Assembly (NCBI GenBank): GCA_964410025.1
Contig: CAYPFA010000001.1
Location: 223,401-287,400 of the forward strand
DNA: 64,000 nucleotides
Reading direction: 5' to 3'
DNA from: Candidatus Woesearchaeota archaeon
GTDB lineage: Archaea > Nanobdellota > Nanobdellia > Pacearchaeales > GW2011-AR1
Of this stretch, positions 26,228-35,241 are shown in pieces. How positions within the stretch are numbered: the first letter of the stretch is position 1; every line of letters begins with the position of its first letter. A model generated the notes under the pieces. That model saw only the letters and a list, made by a program, of their open reading frames with translations. It was not told the origin of the DNA and did not search any database. The translations under genes and the position numbers were made by a program.

Positions 26228-27448
26228 ATGGACACGCAAAACGAGCAAGCTCCCATAAGAACAGAAACACCCAATGAATCAGAACAAAGATTTCTGAAAC
26301 TCCTAAGAAGAAACGGCGCTCCTTTTGATTATGAAAGACAACTTTTTAATGATCATTATCAAAATGTATTAGGCGTTAGAAAAGGAGATCGTCCCATACC
26401 CTATGAATTAGAAATACAACCCACTTCTATTTGCAATTTAAAATGCGAACATTGCTTTGGCAAGGCACTTACATGCTCAAGATTAGAGGATAAGATGGAT
26501 ATGCCAGAACTAGAAAAAATTGCTCAAAGAATTTCAGAATTTCATGAAGGAGCATACACTGTTGAAACCGTTAAATTCTGCGGAACAACGGGTGAACCGC
26601 TAGTTAATCCCATAACAATTCCTGGAATAAATTTATTTAAAAAAATCGATAAAAAAGTAATATTATATACAAACGGACTTTGGCTAGACAAAAAAACCAA
26701 CCAAGGAATAACTTATGCAGAGGCAATAACCCAAGCAGATAAAGTAAATATAAGTCTAGATGCTGGAACTCCTCAAACATTTTTTGAAATAAAAAAAGTT
26801 GATGGATTTAATAGAACAATAAAAAATATTGAAAATCTCGTAGCCAGCAGAAATACACATCACTCGCCACTAAGAATAGATGTAAGTTATGTAATTGGAC
26901 CAAAAAATTATTTAGAAGTTGAAACAACTGTAAATCTTATCAGACAATTGGGAGCAGATCATTTAATTTTTAGAGTAGACTTCGCACATCCAAATTTAAT
27001 CAAATCTCTAGCTCCCATTATACTCGCTGAAAAAGCAAGAGCTATCAAATCGCTTTCTCCAGATTTTAAAATTTCTTTTGCCTATTCGGACAGCGAAATT
27101 TTGGACACAGATAAAGATCAAGAAGCGCATGCTCTAACTGCCCAAGGAAAAAAATGCTATAATCACAACTTTTGGGCTTGCATTGGTCCAGATTGCAACC
27201 TATATGTTTGCGGACATAGAACCTATGAAGGAGTCGAACATTTCGGTAACGTCCTAGACACCCCCTTAAACGAACTTTGGAATTCTAAAAAAAGAACAAA
27301 TATCGTAGACAACCTTCCAGACGACAAATGCAAATTTTGCTCTCCTTCGTGCCACAGAAGAGACTGCCTAATGAAAGATTTATCAGAACGTTCGATCGAG
27401 GAGATAGAACAACTACACGAAAAGTATGTTGTAAAAAAAACAAAATAG
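26228..27448 (+). CDS. Radical SAM enzyme with C-terminal Cys-rich (SPASM/twitch-like) domain
   Basis: CNLKCEHC, GTTGEPLVNP. C-terminal cysteines: KKCYNHNFWACIGPDCNLYVCGHR...DKCKFCSPSCHRRDC. Confidence 0.8.
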   Translation: MDTQNEQAPIRTETPNESEQRFLKLLRRNGAPFDYERQLFNDHYQNVLGVRKGDRPIPYELEIQPTSICNLKCEHCFGKALTCSRLEDKMDMPELEKIAQRISEFHEGAYTVETVKFCGTTGEPLVNPITIPGINLFKKIDKKVILYTNGLWLDKKTNQGITYAEAITQADKVNISLDAGTPQTFFEIKKVDGFNRTIKNIENLVASRNTHHSPLRIDVSYVIGPKNYLEVETTVNLIRQLGADHLIFRVDFAHPNLIKSLAPIILAEKARAIKSLSPDFKISFAYSDSEILDTDKDQEAHALTAQGKKCYNHNFWACIGPDCNLYVCGHRTYEGVEHFGNVLDTPLNELWNSKKRTNIVDNLPDDKCKFCSPSCHRRDCLMKDLSERSIEEIEQLHEKYVVKKTK

Positions 27449-27458
27449 TAAAAATAAA

Positions 27459-27920
27459 ATGGAAGACAGAAAAAACGAAACAATTGAACTCAAGTCACTT
27501 TTATTAGTATTTGATATGCACCAAAGAGCGAAAGAAATATGGGCAGAAAAACGAGGAAAAGCTCCTCCAGAAGGTTATGATTGGGACCTTTCATTTGCGG
27601 CAGAAACTTGTGCTTACGACGAACATTGGGATCAATTAGGAGACTGGCAGAGATGGATTTTTAAACAATATGGCGAAAACAGCCGCTTCCAATCGTTTTC
27701 AGAACTATTTGAAAAATATAGATACTGTGAAGAAGAGTTACATGAAATAAGTTATGACAATCGTAGAAGATTATTAGATAAAATTTTAGAAGATAAAGAA
27801 CTAGTGAAAGCCTATACTAACCACCAAGATACTTTTGCAGACTTGATTTTTTATAGAGAAAGAATGGAACTTGAAGATGCTCACGATGAGAGAATGAGGA
27901 AAATTAGAGAGCACATCTAG
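27459..27920 (+). CDS. Hypothetical acidic/Trp-rich protein
   Basis: 153-aa ORF 10 nt after the radical SAM gene. No family recognised. Confidence 0.4.
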   Translation: MEDRKNETIELKSLLLVFDMHQRAKEIWAEKRGKAPPEGYDWDLSFAAETCAYDEHWDQLGDWQRWIFKQYGENSRFQSFSELFEKYRYCEEELHEISYDNRRRLLDKILEDKELVKAYTNHQDTFADLIFYRERMELEDAHDERMRKIREHI

Positions 27921-27988
27921 AACTATAAAACTAAACAAATGATTCTAAAACAAAGCTTTATAAATCGTTTTTTTCTTGGAATAATACT

Positions 27989-28096
27989 ATGAAGAGATCA
28001 TCAAGACGTTGGAAGAAGAAAAATCAAATGCGTTGGAAGTGGCAACGTAAAAGATTGAAGAAAGAAAAACGAAAAAGAAAGCTTAAGCGAGGCTAG
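27989..28096 (+). CDS. 35-aa extremely basic peptide, possible ribosomal protein eL41
   Basis: Not in ORF track because it is too short. MKRSSRRWKKKNQMRWKWQRKRLKKEKRKRKLKRG resembles the W/K/R-only composition of eL41. Confidence 0.4.
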   Translation: MKRSSRRWKKKNQMRWKWQRKRLKKEKRKRKLKRG

Positions 28097-28161
28097 TTAG
28101 ATTTCTAAAATATATATTAACATACATATAATCTTATAAATCAAAACAATGAAATCTTTCC

Positions 28162-28893
28162 ATGAACAAAACCTTTATCTTTGATTTGGACGATACATTA
28201 ATTTATACAGCCTATCATTATTCTCATGCTCAACTAAAATTTGCTAAATTTATCATAGACACACTAGGCCCAAGATCCCCTAATGCGGATACAATTCTCG
28301 ATATGGAAGTTGCCCGAGATATGGAATTAGTAAAAGAAAAAGGACTAACAATAGATCGATTTCCTCGTTCCTTTTCAGACACATATTTAACAATAGCTAA
28401 AAAAATGAAAATAGACACGAGACGTGCTGAAGATGAAGCAAAACAAGCATATAAAATTGGAGAAGAAGTTTTTAATCAAAATTCCTGGGGAAAAGAACTG
28501 ATTCCACATGCTCGCCAAACTCTTGATTTTTTGGTTGCACAAAAAGATGAACTTTATTTACTAACCGCTGGAGATGAATCACTACAAAGAAAAAAAATAG
28601 GATTCTACAACTTACCGAACTGGTTTGGCGATAAAACCTTCGTTACGCCAAATCATAAAAAAGAAAAAATACTTGAAATTTCTTCATCCAGAGATAAGAA
28701 AAATGTCTGGTTTGTGGGAAATTCCATAAGAAGTGACATTAATCCAGCACTGGAATCAGGAATTGGTGCAGTGTATATACCCTTTGAATCTTGGGAATTT
28801 GACCAAGGCAAGTTAGATGAAAATCATAATCGCTTAGTTACATTGGAGAACATTAGAGACTTTCCAAAAATCTATTTTTCCAAATTAAGTTAA
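28162..28893 (+). CDS. HAD-superfamily hydrolase/phosphatase
   Basis: Motif I FIFDLDDTLI, motif II LLTAG, motif IV FVGNSIRSDI. Confidence 0.75.
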   Translation: MNKTFIFDLDDTLIYTAYHYSHAQLKFAKFIIDTLGPRSPNADTILDMEVARDMELVKEKGLTIDRFPRSFSDTYLTIAKKMKIDTRRAEDEAKQAYKIGEEVFNQNSWGKELIPHARQTLDFLVAQKDELYLLTAGDESLQRKKIGFYNLPNWFGDKTFVTPNHKKEKILEISSSRDKKNVWFVGNSIRSDINPALESGIGAVYIPFESWEFDQGKLDENHNRLVTLENIRDFPKIYFSKLS

Positions 28894-29006
28894 TATAAAC
28901 ATTTCAAAACATAAATACTTCCACCGTAGATGGTGACATAACAATGCTGATATTTATGTTGCTTCACAATATAAATACTTATAAACCAAGTTTAATTTTT
29001 CAGTCT

Positions 29007-29999
29007 ATGCAAACGAGTGATGTGTGGACAGAGAAATACCGTCCTAAAAAATTTGAAGAAGTGGTAGGTCAAGAAGAGATAATTAAGCGAGTTAAATCTC
29101 TTGTAAATTCTATGAATATTCCTCACTTACTTTTCGCAGGACCTGCAGGAACAGGAAAAACAACATTAGCACTAATTGTAGTAAAACAACTTTTTGGTGA
29201 AGCCTGGAGAGAAAATTATTTAGAATTAAACGCTTCCGATGAAAGAGGAATTGATGTCGTTAGACAAAAGGTAAAAGATTTCGCAAGAACAAAGGCAATT
29301 GGAGACGTTCCTTTCAAAGTTATATTCTTAGATGAAGCAGATGCTTTAACACGAGAAGCCCAACAAGCACTTAGAAGAACTATGGAAAACTACACCTCAA
29401 CCTGTAGATTTATTTTATCCTGTAACTATTCCTCTAAAATTTTAGACCCCATTCAATCTCGTTGTGTAGTCTTTAGATTTCAACTTTTAGAAAAAAAAGA
29501 TATCAAAAGAAGAGTAGAAATCATTGCACAAAACGAAGGATTAACAATTACTCCGGACGCATTTGATACCATCTACGAAGCCTCTGAAGGCGATTGTAGA
29601 CGAGTAATGAACTTTTTACAAGCAACTGCAGCAATCTCTCCTAACATCACTCCAGACCTTGTAAATACTATAGTTTCAAAAGCAAAACCTTCTGATGTAA
29701 AAATAGTTCTTGACTATGCGCTTGCAGGCGACTTCCAAGGTTCACGAGAAAAACTTCTAGACATAATGCTTAAAGAATCCATCTCTGGTCAAGACGTTAT
29801 AAAAACAATACAAAAAGAAATCTGGAACTTACCCATAGAAAATGAATTGAAAGTCAGACTAACTGAAAAAACAGGCGAAATAGAATTTAGATTAGTCGAG
29901 GGTTCCGACGAGTTTATTCAACTCGAATCACTTTTAGCTAGTTTTGTTTTAGCAGGACAGGGTGGCGGATTAAACGCAGACTCAGTTGGAAAAAAATAG
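29007..29999 (+). CDS. rfcS: Replication factor C small subunit (track ORF starts at 28944; ATG 29007 preferred)
   Basis: WTEKYRPKKFEEVVGQ, GPAGTGKTT, FLDEADALT, SRC motif SRCVVFRF. The upstream 21 codons overlap an AT-rich promoter-like stretch. Confidence 0.9.
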   Translation: MQTSDVWTEKYRPKKFEEVVGQEEIIKRVKSLVNSMNIPHLLFAGPAGTGKTTLALIVVKQLFGEAWRENYLELNASDERGIDVVRQKVKDFARTKAIGDVPFKVIFLDEADALTREAQQALRRTMENYTSTCRFILSCNYSSKILDPIQSRCVVFRFQLLEKKDIKRRVEIIAQNEGLTITPDAFDTIYEASEGDCRRVMNFLQATAAISPNITPDLVNTIVSKAKPSDVKIVLDYALAGDFQGSREKLLDIMLKESISGQDVIKTIQKEIWNLPIENELKVRLTEKTGEIEFRLVEGSDEFIQLESLLASFVLAGQGGGLNADSVGKK

Positions 30000-30009
30000 C
30001 GGAGGCTAA

Positions 30010-31209
30010 ATGATTAATCAAGAAAACATTCCTTGGGCGGAGAAATATAGAGTAGCCTCTTTTTCCGAAGTTCGTGGCCAAGAATTAGCAATTGATAAAG
30101 TAAAAATGTTTCTAAAAAGCTTTCCAAGAAAAAAAGCATTAATTTTACATGGTACACCGGGTATTGGAAAAACCTCTCTAGCCTACGCAACAGCAATAGA
30201 ATATGATACGGAAATTCTAGAAATGAATGCTTCTGATTTAAGAAACAAGGAAAAAGTAGCAGGAATAATTGGTCCAGCATCCCAGCAAAGAAGTTTATTT
30301 AAAAAAAGCAAAATAATACTTGTAGATGAAGTTGACGGAATTTCCACAAGAGACCGAGGCGGACTTACAGAACTCATGGCACTAATAGAAAAATCCTCCT
30401 TCCCAATCATTATAACTGCAAATGATATCTGGCAACAAAAGTTTAATCTATTAAGACAAAAGGCAGAAATGGTTCAGCTAAAAGATATTGAATATAAAAT
30501 AGTCTTAGATATTTTGAAAGATGTGTGTCAAAAAGAAAATATTTTTGTTTCCAACGATGTTCTAACTTCAATTTCCATAAAGGTAAGGGGCGACGTAAGA
30601 GCTGCCCTAAATGATCTACAATCCCTTTCAAAAATGGACGAGAAAACGCTCGTTAAAGAACTGGGAGACAGAAATAAAGAACTTTCAATCTTCAATGCAC
30701 TACAATATGTTTTCAAAAACGCACAAATTGATACAAAAATGTTAACGATCTATGACGAAGTAAACCTAAGCGTAGATGATATCTTTTTATGGATTGAAGA
30801 AAATATTCCCTACGAATATCACGGAATAGAATTATTCAAAGCATTTGATGCCCTTTCAAAAGCAGATGTTTTTAGAGGAAGAATCTATCGACAACAACAT
30901 TGGAGATTTTTAGTTTATGAAAATTTTTTACTTGGAGCAGGAATTGCAGCTGCAAAAAAATATAACCGAACCGGCTGGACAAGTTATAAAAAACCTTCAA
31001 GAATTTTAAAGATTTGGATGCAAAATCAACGAGCAGCAAAAAAGAAAACTATTTGCGAGAAATATGCTAAAGTCTGTCATCTTTCCATAAAAGGTGCAAT
31101 GAAAGACTTTCTTATAATAAAACAAATTCTACAAAATAACAAAATTAGAGAGGAATTAAAACTTTCCGAAGAAGAAACGGATTTTTTAGACAAACCACTC
31201 TCTATATAA
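30010..31209 (+). CDS. rfcL: Replication factor C large subunit
   Basis: WAEKYRVASFSEVRGQ, GTPGIGKTS, ILVDEVDG. Adjacent to rfcS. Confidence 0.85.
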   Translation: MINQENIPWAEKYRVASFSEVRGQELAIDKVKMFLKSFPRKKALILHGTPGIGKTSLAYATAIEYDTEILEMNASDLRNKEKVAGIIGPASQQRSLFKKSKIILVDEVDGISTRDRGGLTELMALIEKSSFPIIITANDIWQQKFNLLRQKAEMVQLKDIEYKIVLDILKDVCQKENIFVSNDVLTSISIKVRGDVRAALNDLQSLSKMDEKTLVKELGDRNKELSIFNALQYVFKNAQIDTKMLTIYDEVNLSVDDIFLWIEENIPYEYHGIELFKAFDALSKADVFRGRIYRQQHWRFLVYENFLLGAGIAAAKKYNRTGWTSYKKPSRILKIWMQNQRAAKKKTICEKYAKVCHLSIKGAMKDFLIIKQILQNNKIREELKLSEEETDFLDKPLSI

Positions 31210-31643
31210 TGAAATCTAAAAACTTTCACATAAATCATGGTAGAAAATCCATGCAACCAATAATGCCCTCAAAAGACCATCCTCACTATCATCAAATAGC
31301 TAAAAAAATTCACGACGACATCGTTGATAGACTTGAGGGAATACTTCTAAAAGAAAATATCCACTGCCTTAAATATGTTCCCTGGTCTAAAAATGGACAT
31401 AACGGAGAAATTGATTTAATAGCAATACATCCCTCTGGAAAACTAGAATTTTATGAAGTAAAATGCACCGAACATGAATCAAAGTTCTTTAAAGCACAAA
31501 GACAATATGCAAACTTCCGAGAAGCCTATAGACAAAAACCTCGAGATTTTCCGGGCTATGTATACTTCGGAAGCGGAACTCAAATACCATTACCAAAAAA
31601 TTTAAAATATTTTAATTATATCTGGCCAAGAAGAAAACGCTAA
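31209..31643 (+). CDS. PD-(D/E)xK nuclease-fold protein
   Basis: GEIDLIAIHPSGKLEFYEVKC gives the D...E-x-K arrangement. The ATG overlaps the rfcL stop. Confidence 0.45.
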   Translation: MKSKNFHINHGRKSMQPIMPSKDHPHYHQIAKKIHDDIVDRLEGILLKENIHCLKYVPWSKNGHNGEIDLIAIHPSGKLEFYEVKCTEHESKFFKAQRQYANFREAYRQKPRDFPGYVYFGSGTQIPLPKNLKYFNYIWPRRKR

Positions 31644-31706
31644 AAACCAAACACAAAAATTCTTAAATCAAATAAAAACATTTTAAAATAAAAAATTAAA
31701 TTCTAT

Positions 31707-32729
31707 TTAGCAATTTCCAGTTGTTGAACCAGCTGCTGTTGATAATGTAGTACCACAAGCTGCAGGAGCAGAATTAAATGCGCTACAAATTTCTGTTTTG
31801 TAAGCATCTGCAGTTCTAGCAGCATTAACAATCACGCCATTTACAACCAATGAAGGTGAGCCAGTAACGCCAAGAGTCTGAGCTCTTTGTGAATCGGCAG
31901 CAATCAAAGAAGCACCTTCGCTTGCTACACAACTGAATATCTTTGTCGAATCAATGCCTAATGATTTCATTATTACAGTAGATTCTGTCTTATCGCAAGC
32001 CGCATCTCCAGAACATTTTGTATATATTTTTGAAGAAAATTGAATTGCATAATCCCAATACTTTGCTTTATCATATTTTTGTATACATGCTTGGATTTTA
32101 TTTTGTTGTGTTTCATGAGCACCATGACCATCATAATATAATACAACCTTAAAATCAGCACTACTTCCTAATAATTTAGCAACTTCAGCGAATGGTGTTA
32201 ATGCAGTAACTCCGTATGGACAATATGACCAAATGAATAATTCAGAAACCGGCTTATCAGTCTTAGAAACAGTTGTTTGAGTTGGAGTATTTGTATTTTT
32301 AGCAGCAGCTGTTGCAGCAACCTTTAATGGCGTTACGGATAATAGATAATCTCCGCCCTTAGAAACATAAATTTGAAATTCTTGACCCTGTATATCTCCA
32401 CTTACTTGATACAATTTACCAAGACTTCCATTATTTACCTCTACAATAGAAGTAATATTAGGAGTTACTCCCATGCTTTCTTGAACAAAACTTGTAATAG
32501 ATTTTCCAATTGCAATATTGCCCGCAGCTCCATCAAAGCTATTAAATATTAAAACGCCAATCAAAACCAAAGCCAAAACAATAGTTGCAATCATCCAATA
32601 ATTATTTGCAAAAAACTTACCCACCTTTCCGTCGTCAGAACTCTTCTCAGAAGCTTCTTCATGATGCTCACCTTTTTTAGCCATAAAATAATTTATTTTC
32701 ATTCCTTTATAAATCTTATGGAATTCCAA
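31707..32729 (-). CDS. Membrane-anchored extracytoplasmic thioredoxin-fold (DsbA-like) protein; start probably at the MAKKGEHHEE methionine (32684)
   Basis: TM anchor IATIVLALVLIGVLIF, WSYCPYG motif, several further cysteines, C-terminal Cys. Confidence 0.45.
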   Translation of the reverse strand: MEFHKIYKGMKINYFMAKKGEHHEEASEKSSDDGKVGKFFANNYWMIATIVLALVLIGVLIFNSFDGAAGNIAIGKSITSFVQESMGVTPNITSIVEVNNGSLGKLYQVSGDIQGQEFQIYVSKGGDYLLSVTPLKVAATAAAKNTNTPTQTTVSKTDKPVSELFIWSYCPYGVTALTPFAEVAKLLGSSADFKVVLYYDGHGAHETQQNKIQACIQKYDKAKYWDYAIQFSSKIYTKCSGDAACDKTESTVIMKSLGIDSTKIFSCVASEGASLIAADSQRAQTLGVTGSPSLVVNGVIVNAARTADAYKTEICSAFNSAPAACGTTLSTAAGSTTGNC

Positions 32730-32838
32730 TCCATATTTTTATCTTTTTGCAGTGAAATGCTTTTTAAAATCAAACACAACTCAAAAATATATTTCAAATG
32801 AAAACTTTATTTAAATAGACATTAAAGTTTTATAAAAT

Positions 32839-34005
32839 ATGGAAGTCGAATTAAAAGGCACAACTGAAAAAATTAAAGATCCTAGCGCAGCTAAGCGATG
32901 GGTTCAAAATCACGCTCGAATTTGTTATACTGAAAAAAGCTGGGACGAATTATTAGACGAGGGATTTAAAGAAGGATTAATCGGAAATTTAATTGGAAGA
33001 GGACACCATAGTCCATTTGATCATTTCTATTTAAATTTTTATTTTGAAGGTCCAGAAAAAGCACTCGCAATGGTTTTCAATAATCAAGGAATGTATACAA
33101 CATCTGAAAAATCCGCAAGATATACTATTATGGAAGGAATACCTGATCATCAAAAAAATCTTTATGACAAATGGGATAATTGGTTCTCCGAAGAAATTAC
33201 AAACCAATTTCCAACAAGCACCTTTCCTAAATTATATCAAAAAGGCGGAGATGGAAAAACGACTGCAGAAAAATTAGCACAAGAGAATGCAAGATATATG
33301 GCAAGTGTTTTCACGCCGACGAAAATGACACATTCTCTAACCTGGAGACAAACAAATATTATCTTTCATCAATTTGAAGATTATATATCAGAAAATAAAA
33401 ATAATCCAGACCACTTTAAGAAAAAATTAGCAGATTCCATGAAAAGTTTTGTCGAATCAAAGGAAATCAAAAACTGGATAATTGACGAAGCACAAGTAAG
33501 AATGAAGGGAAATATACCTCTTAAATTTTTTAGAAATGAACTTGAAGAACATTTTGGAAAAGATATTTATTCTACAAATTATACTGCCAGTTTTGCCTCA
33601 CTTGCTCAACTTCATAGGCACAGACTCGTGAATTATACCGTTTCAGATGGATTTCAATTAAGAGCACCGATGGGAGTTTATGTTCCTAGACTTGTTGAAT
33701 CTCGTGAAAAAACAGACGAATGGTTAAGCGATTTAAAAAGTATTTCTGAATATGATATTCCTCAAGCCCAACTATTAAGAGTGGGCGAAAGAGGATTTCC
33801 AGAAAATCTTCCAGCAAAAACTGAAGAAAGAGAATGTGGACTTGCGCAATTAGAAACTGCTAGAGTTATTGGTGAATTTTTAGATAATTATGGAAAAATT
33901 ATTCCAGAAATAGCAAACCTAAAACAACCAATATGTACTAAAAACGGATGCAAAAGAGGAGGATGCACTTTCGGGACAAAATTATGCCTTGATAGATTAA
34001 TATAA
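32839..34005 (+). CDS. ThyX-like flavin-dependent thymidylate synthase, long and divergent
   Basis: GRGHHSPFDH parallels ThyX GHETPFEH, and SEKSARY parallels ELSGRY. HRHR occurs only much later (LAQLHRHRLVNY). The stop overlaps the tmk start. Confidence 0.5.
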   Translation: MEVELKGTTEKIKDPSAAKRWVQNHARICYTEKSWDELLDEGFKEGLIGNLIGRGHHSPFDHFYLNFYFEGPEKALAMVFNNQGMYTTSEKSARYTIMEGIPDHQKNLYDKWDNWFSEEITNQFPTSTFPKLYQKGGDGKTTAEKLAQENARYMASVFTPTKMTHSLTWRQTNIIFHQFEDYISENKNNPDHFKKKLADSMKSFVESKEIKNWIIDEAQVRMKGNIPLKFFRNELEEHFGKDIYSTNYTASFASLAQLHRHRLVNYTVSDGFQLRAPMGVYVPRLVESREKTDEWLSDLKSISEYDIPQAQLLRVGERGFPENLPAKTEERECGLAQLETARVIGEFLDNYGKIIPEIANLKQPICTKNGCKRGGCTFGTKLCLDRLI

Positions 34006-34619
34006 TGCGTGGAAAATTTATTACATTTGAAGGACCAGAGGGCGGTGGAAAAACTACAATCTCAAAATTATTATATAAAGATTTCTTAGATGGGGGAATG
34101 CAAGCAGTTCTTACTCGAGAACCGGGCGGAGTTATAGAAGGTGAAGCAATAAGAACAATTTTGAAAAGTACAGATTACAAATTAACAAATCTTGCTCAGA
34201 TGTACTTATTTTCAGCAAGCCGAAATATGTTTGTAACGAGATTGGTAAAACCCAACTTAGAAAATGGTGTTCATGTTATTGCCGATAGATTTGCAGATTC
34301 TACACGAGCGTATCAAGGATATGCAGGTGGCGGAGATATGGAGAGAATAGAAAGATTGATTACAGAAAGTACTGAGGGAATTTCGCCAGATTTTACAGTG
34401 ATTATTGACATCGACCCGGAAATTGGCCTAAAGAAAGAAGTAGAGGACAGTAGCTTCTCGAAATTAGGACTTCCTTACCACCAAAGAGTCCGCGCAGGAT
34501 ATTTAGAAATTGCAAAACAAAATCCAGAAAGATGCTTTGTTCTTCCATACCAAAAGGATAAAGTTCTCGAGATGCACAATCAACTAAGAGAAGAAATTAA
34601 GAAAAGATTAATCATCTAA
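34005..34619 (+). CDS. tmk: Thymidylate kinase
   Basis: KFITFEGPEGGGKTT, LTREPGG, DRFADSTRAYQG. Confidence 0.9.
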   Translation: MRGKFITFEGPEGGGKTTISKLLYKDFLDGGMQAVLTREPGGVIEGEAIRTILKSTDYKLTNLAQMYLFSASRNMFVTRLVKPNLENGVHVIADRFADSTRAYQGYAGGGDMERIERLITESTEGISPDFTVIIDIDPEIGLKKEVEDSSFSKLGLPYHQRVRAGYLEIAKQNPERCFVLPYQKDKVLEMHNQLREEIKKRLII

Positions 34620-34700
34620 CAAAATTTCCAAATTTATAATTATAATTCCAAATGTGTTCAAAAAGTGGTAACACATATTTATAAAGAAAAGATTAATCAA

Positions 34701-34748
34701 ATACAATATGTTGTAGTAAAACACTACAAAAAACACAATATATTGTGT
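34701..34748 (+). promoter_or_regulatory. Two NrdR-box-like palindromes 32 bp apart (centre to centre)
   Basis: atacaatatgttgtag (34701-34716) and acacaatatattgtgt (34733-34748) resemble the NrdR box consensus acaCwAtATaTwGtgt. A 7-bp hairpin tcgtcga-gctt-tcgacga follows at 34748-34765. Confidence 0.65.
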
Positions 34749-34788
34749 CGTCGAGCTTTCGACGATTAATAAAAAAGAGGTATAAAAA

Positions 34789-35241
34789 ATGCAATGCCCA
34801 TACTGTCAAAACGAAGAAACAAAAGTTACAGATAAAAGAGACGCAGAAGGCATGACAAAAAGAAGAAGGGAATGTTTGAAGTGTGAAAAAAGATTCACAA
34901 CATACGAACATGTTGAAATGAATTTAAACGTTATAAAAAAAGATGGCAAAAGAGAAAAATTCGACAGAGAAAAACTCAAAAGAGGAATATTTAGGTCCTT
35001 TGAAAAACGTTCACTAAAAACGGAAGAGATTGATGATGTGATAAGTGAAATAGAAGCAAAAATTTACAGAAATTCAAAAGATGAGGAAATTTCAACTTCA
35101 AAAATTGGCGAAATCGTCATGGACAAATTAAAAAAAGTCGACAAGGTTGCATACATTCGATTTGCCTCGGTATATAGAGAATTTGCAGATATTGAAGACT
35201 TTAAACAAGAACTAAAAGATTTAACAACAAATGGTAAATAA
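34789..35241 (+). CDS. nrdR: Transcriptional repressor NrdR (Zn ribbon + ATP-cone)
   Basis: MQCPYCQNEETKVTDKR...CLKCEKRFTTYE, followed by an ATP-cone. Confidence 0.9.
   Translation: MQCPYCQNEETKVTDKRDAEGMTKRRRECLKCEKRFTTYEHVEMNLNVIKKDGKREKFDREKLKRGIFRSFEKRSLKTEEIDDVISEIEAKIYRNSKDEEISTSKIGEIVMDKLKKVDKVAYIRFASVYREFADIEDFKQELKDLTTNGK

Noticed and set aside
28944-29006. N-terminal 21 codons of the track ORF for RFC small subunit.
   Set aside because: The conserved RFC N-terminus (WTEKYRP) begins right after the internal Met at 29007. The extension (MLIFMLLHNINTYKPSLIFQS) overlaps an AT-rich promoter-like tract.
34693-34911. 72-aa minus-strand ORF across the nrdR promoter and start.
   Set aside because: It overlaps the NrdR boxes and the well-supported nrdR CDS on the opposite strand, and it is Cys/Phe-rich off-frame noise.
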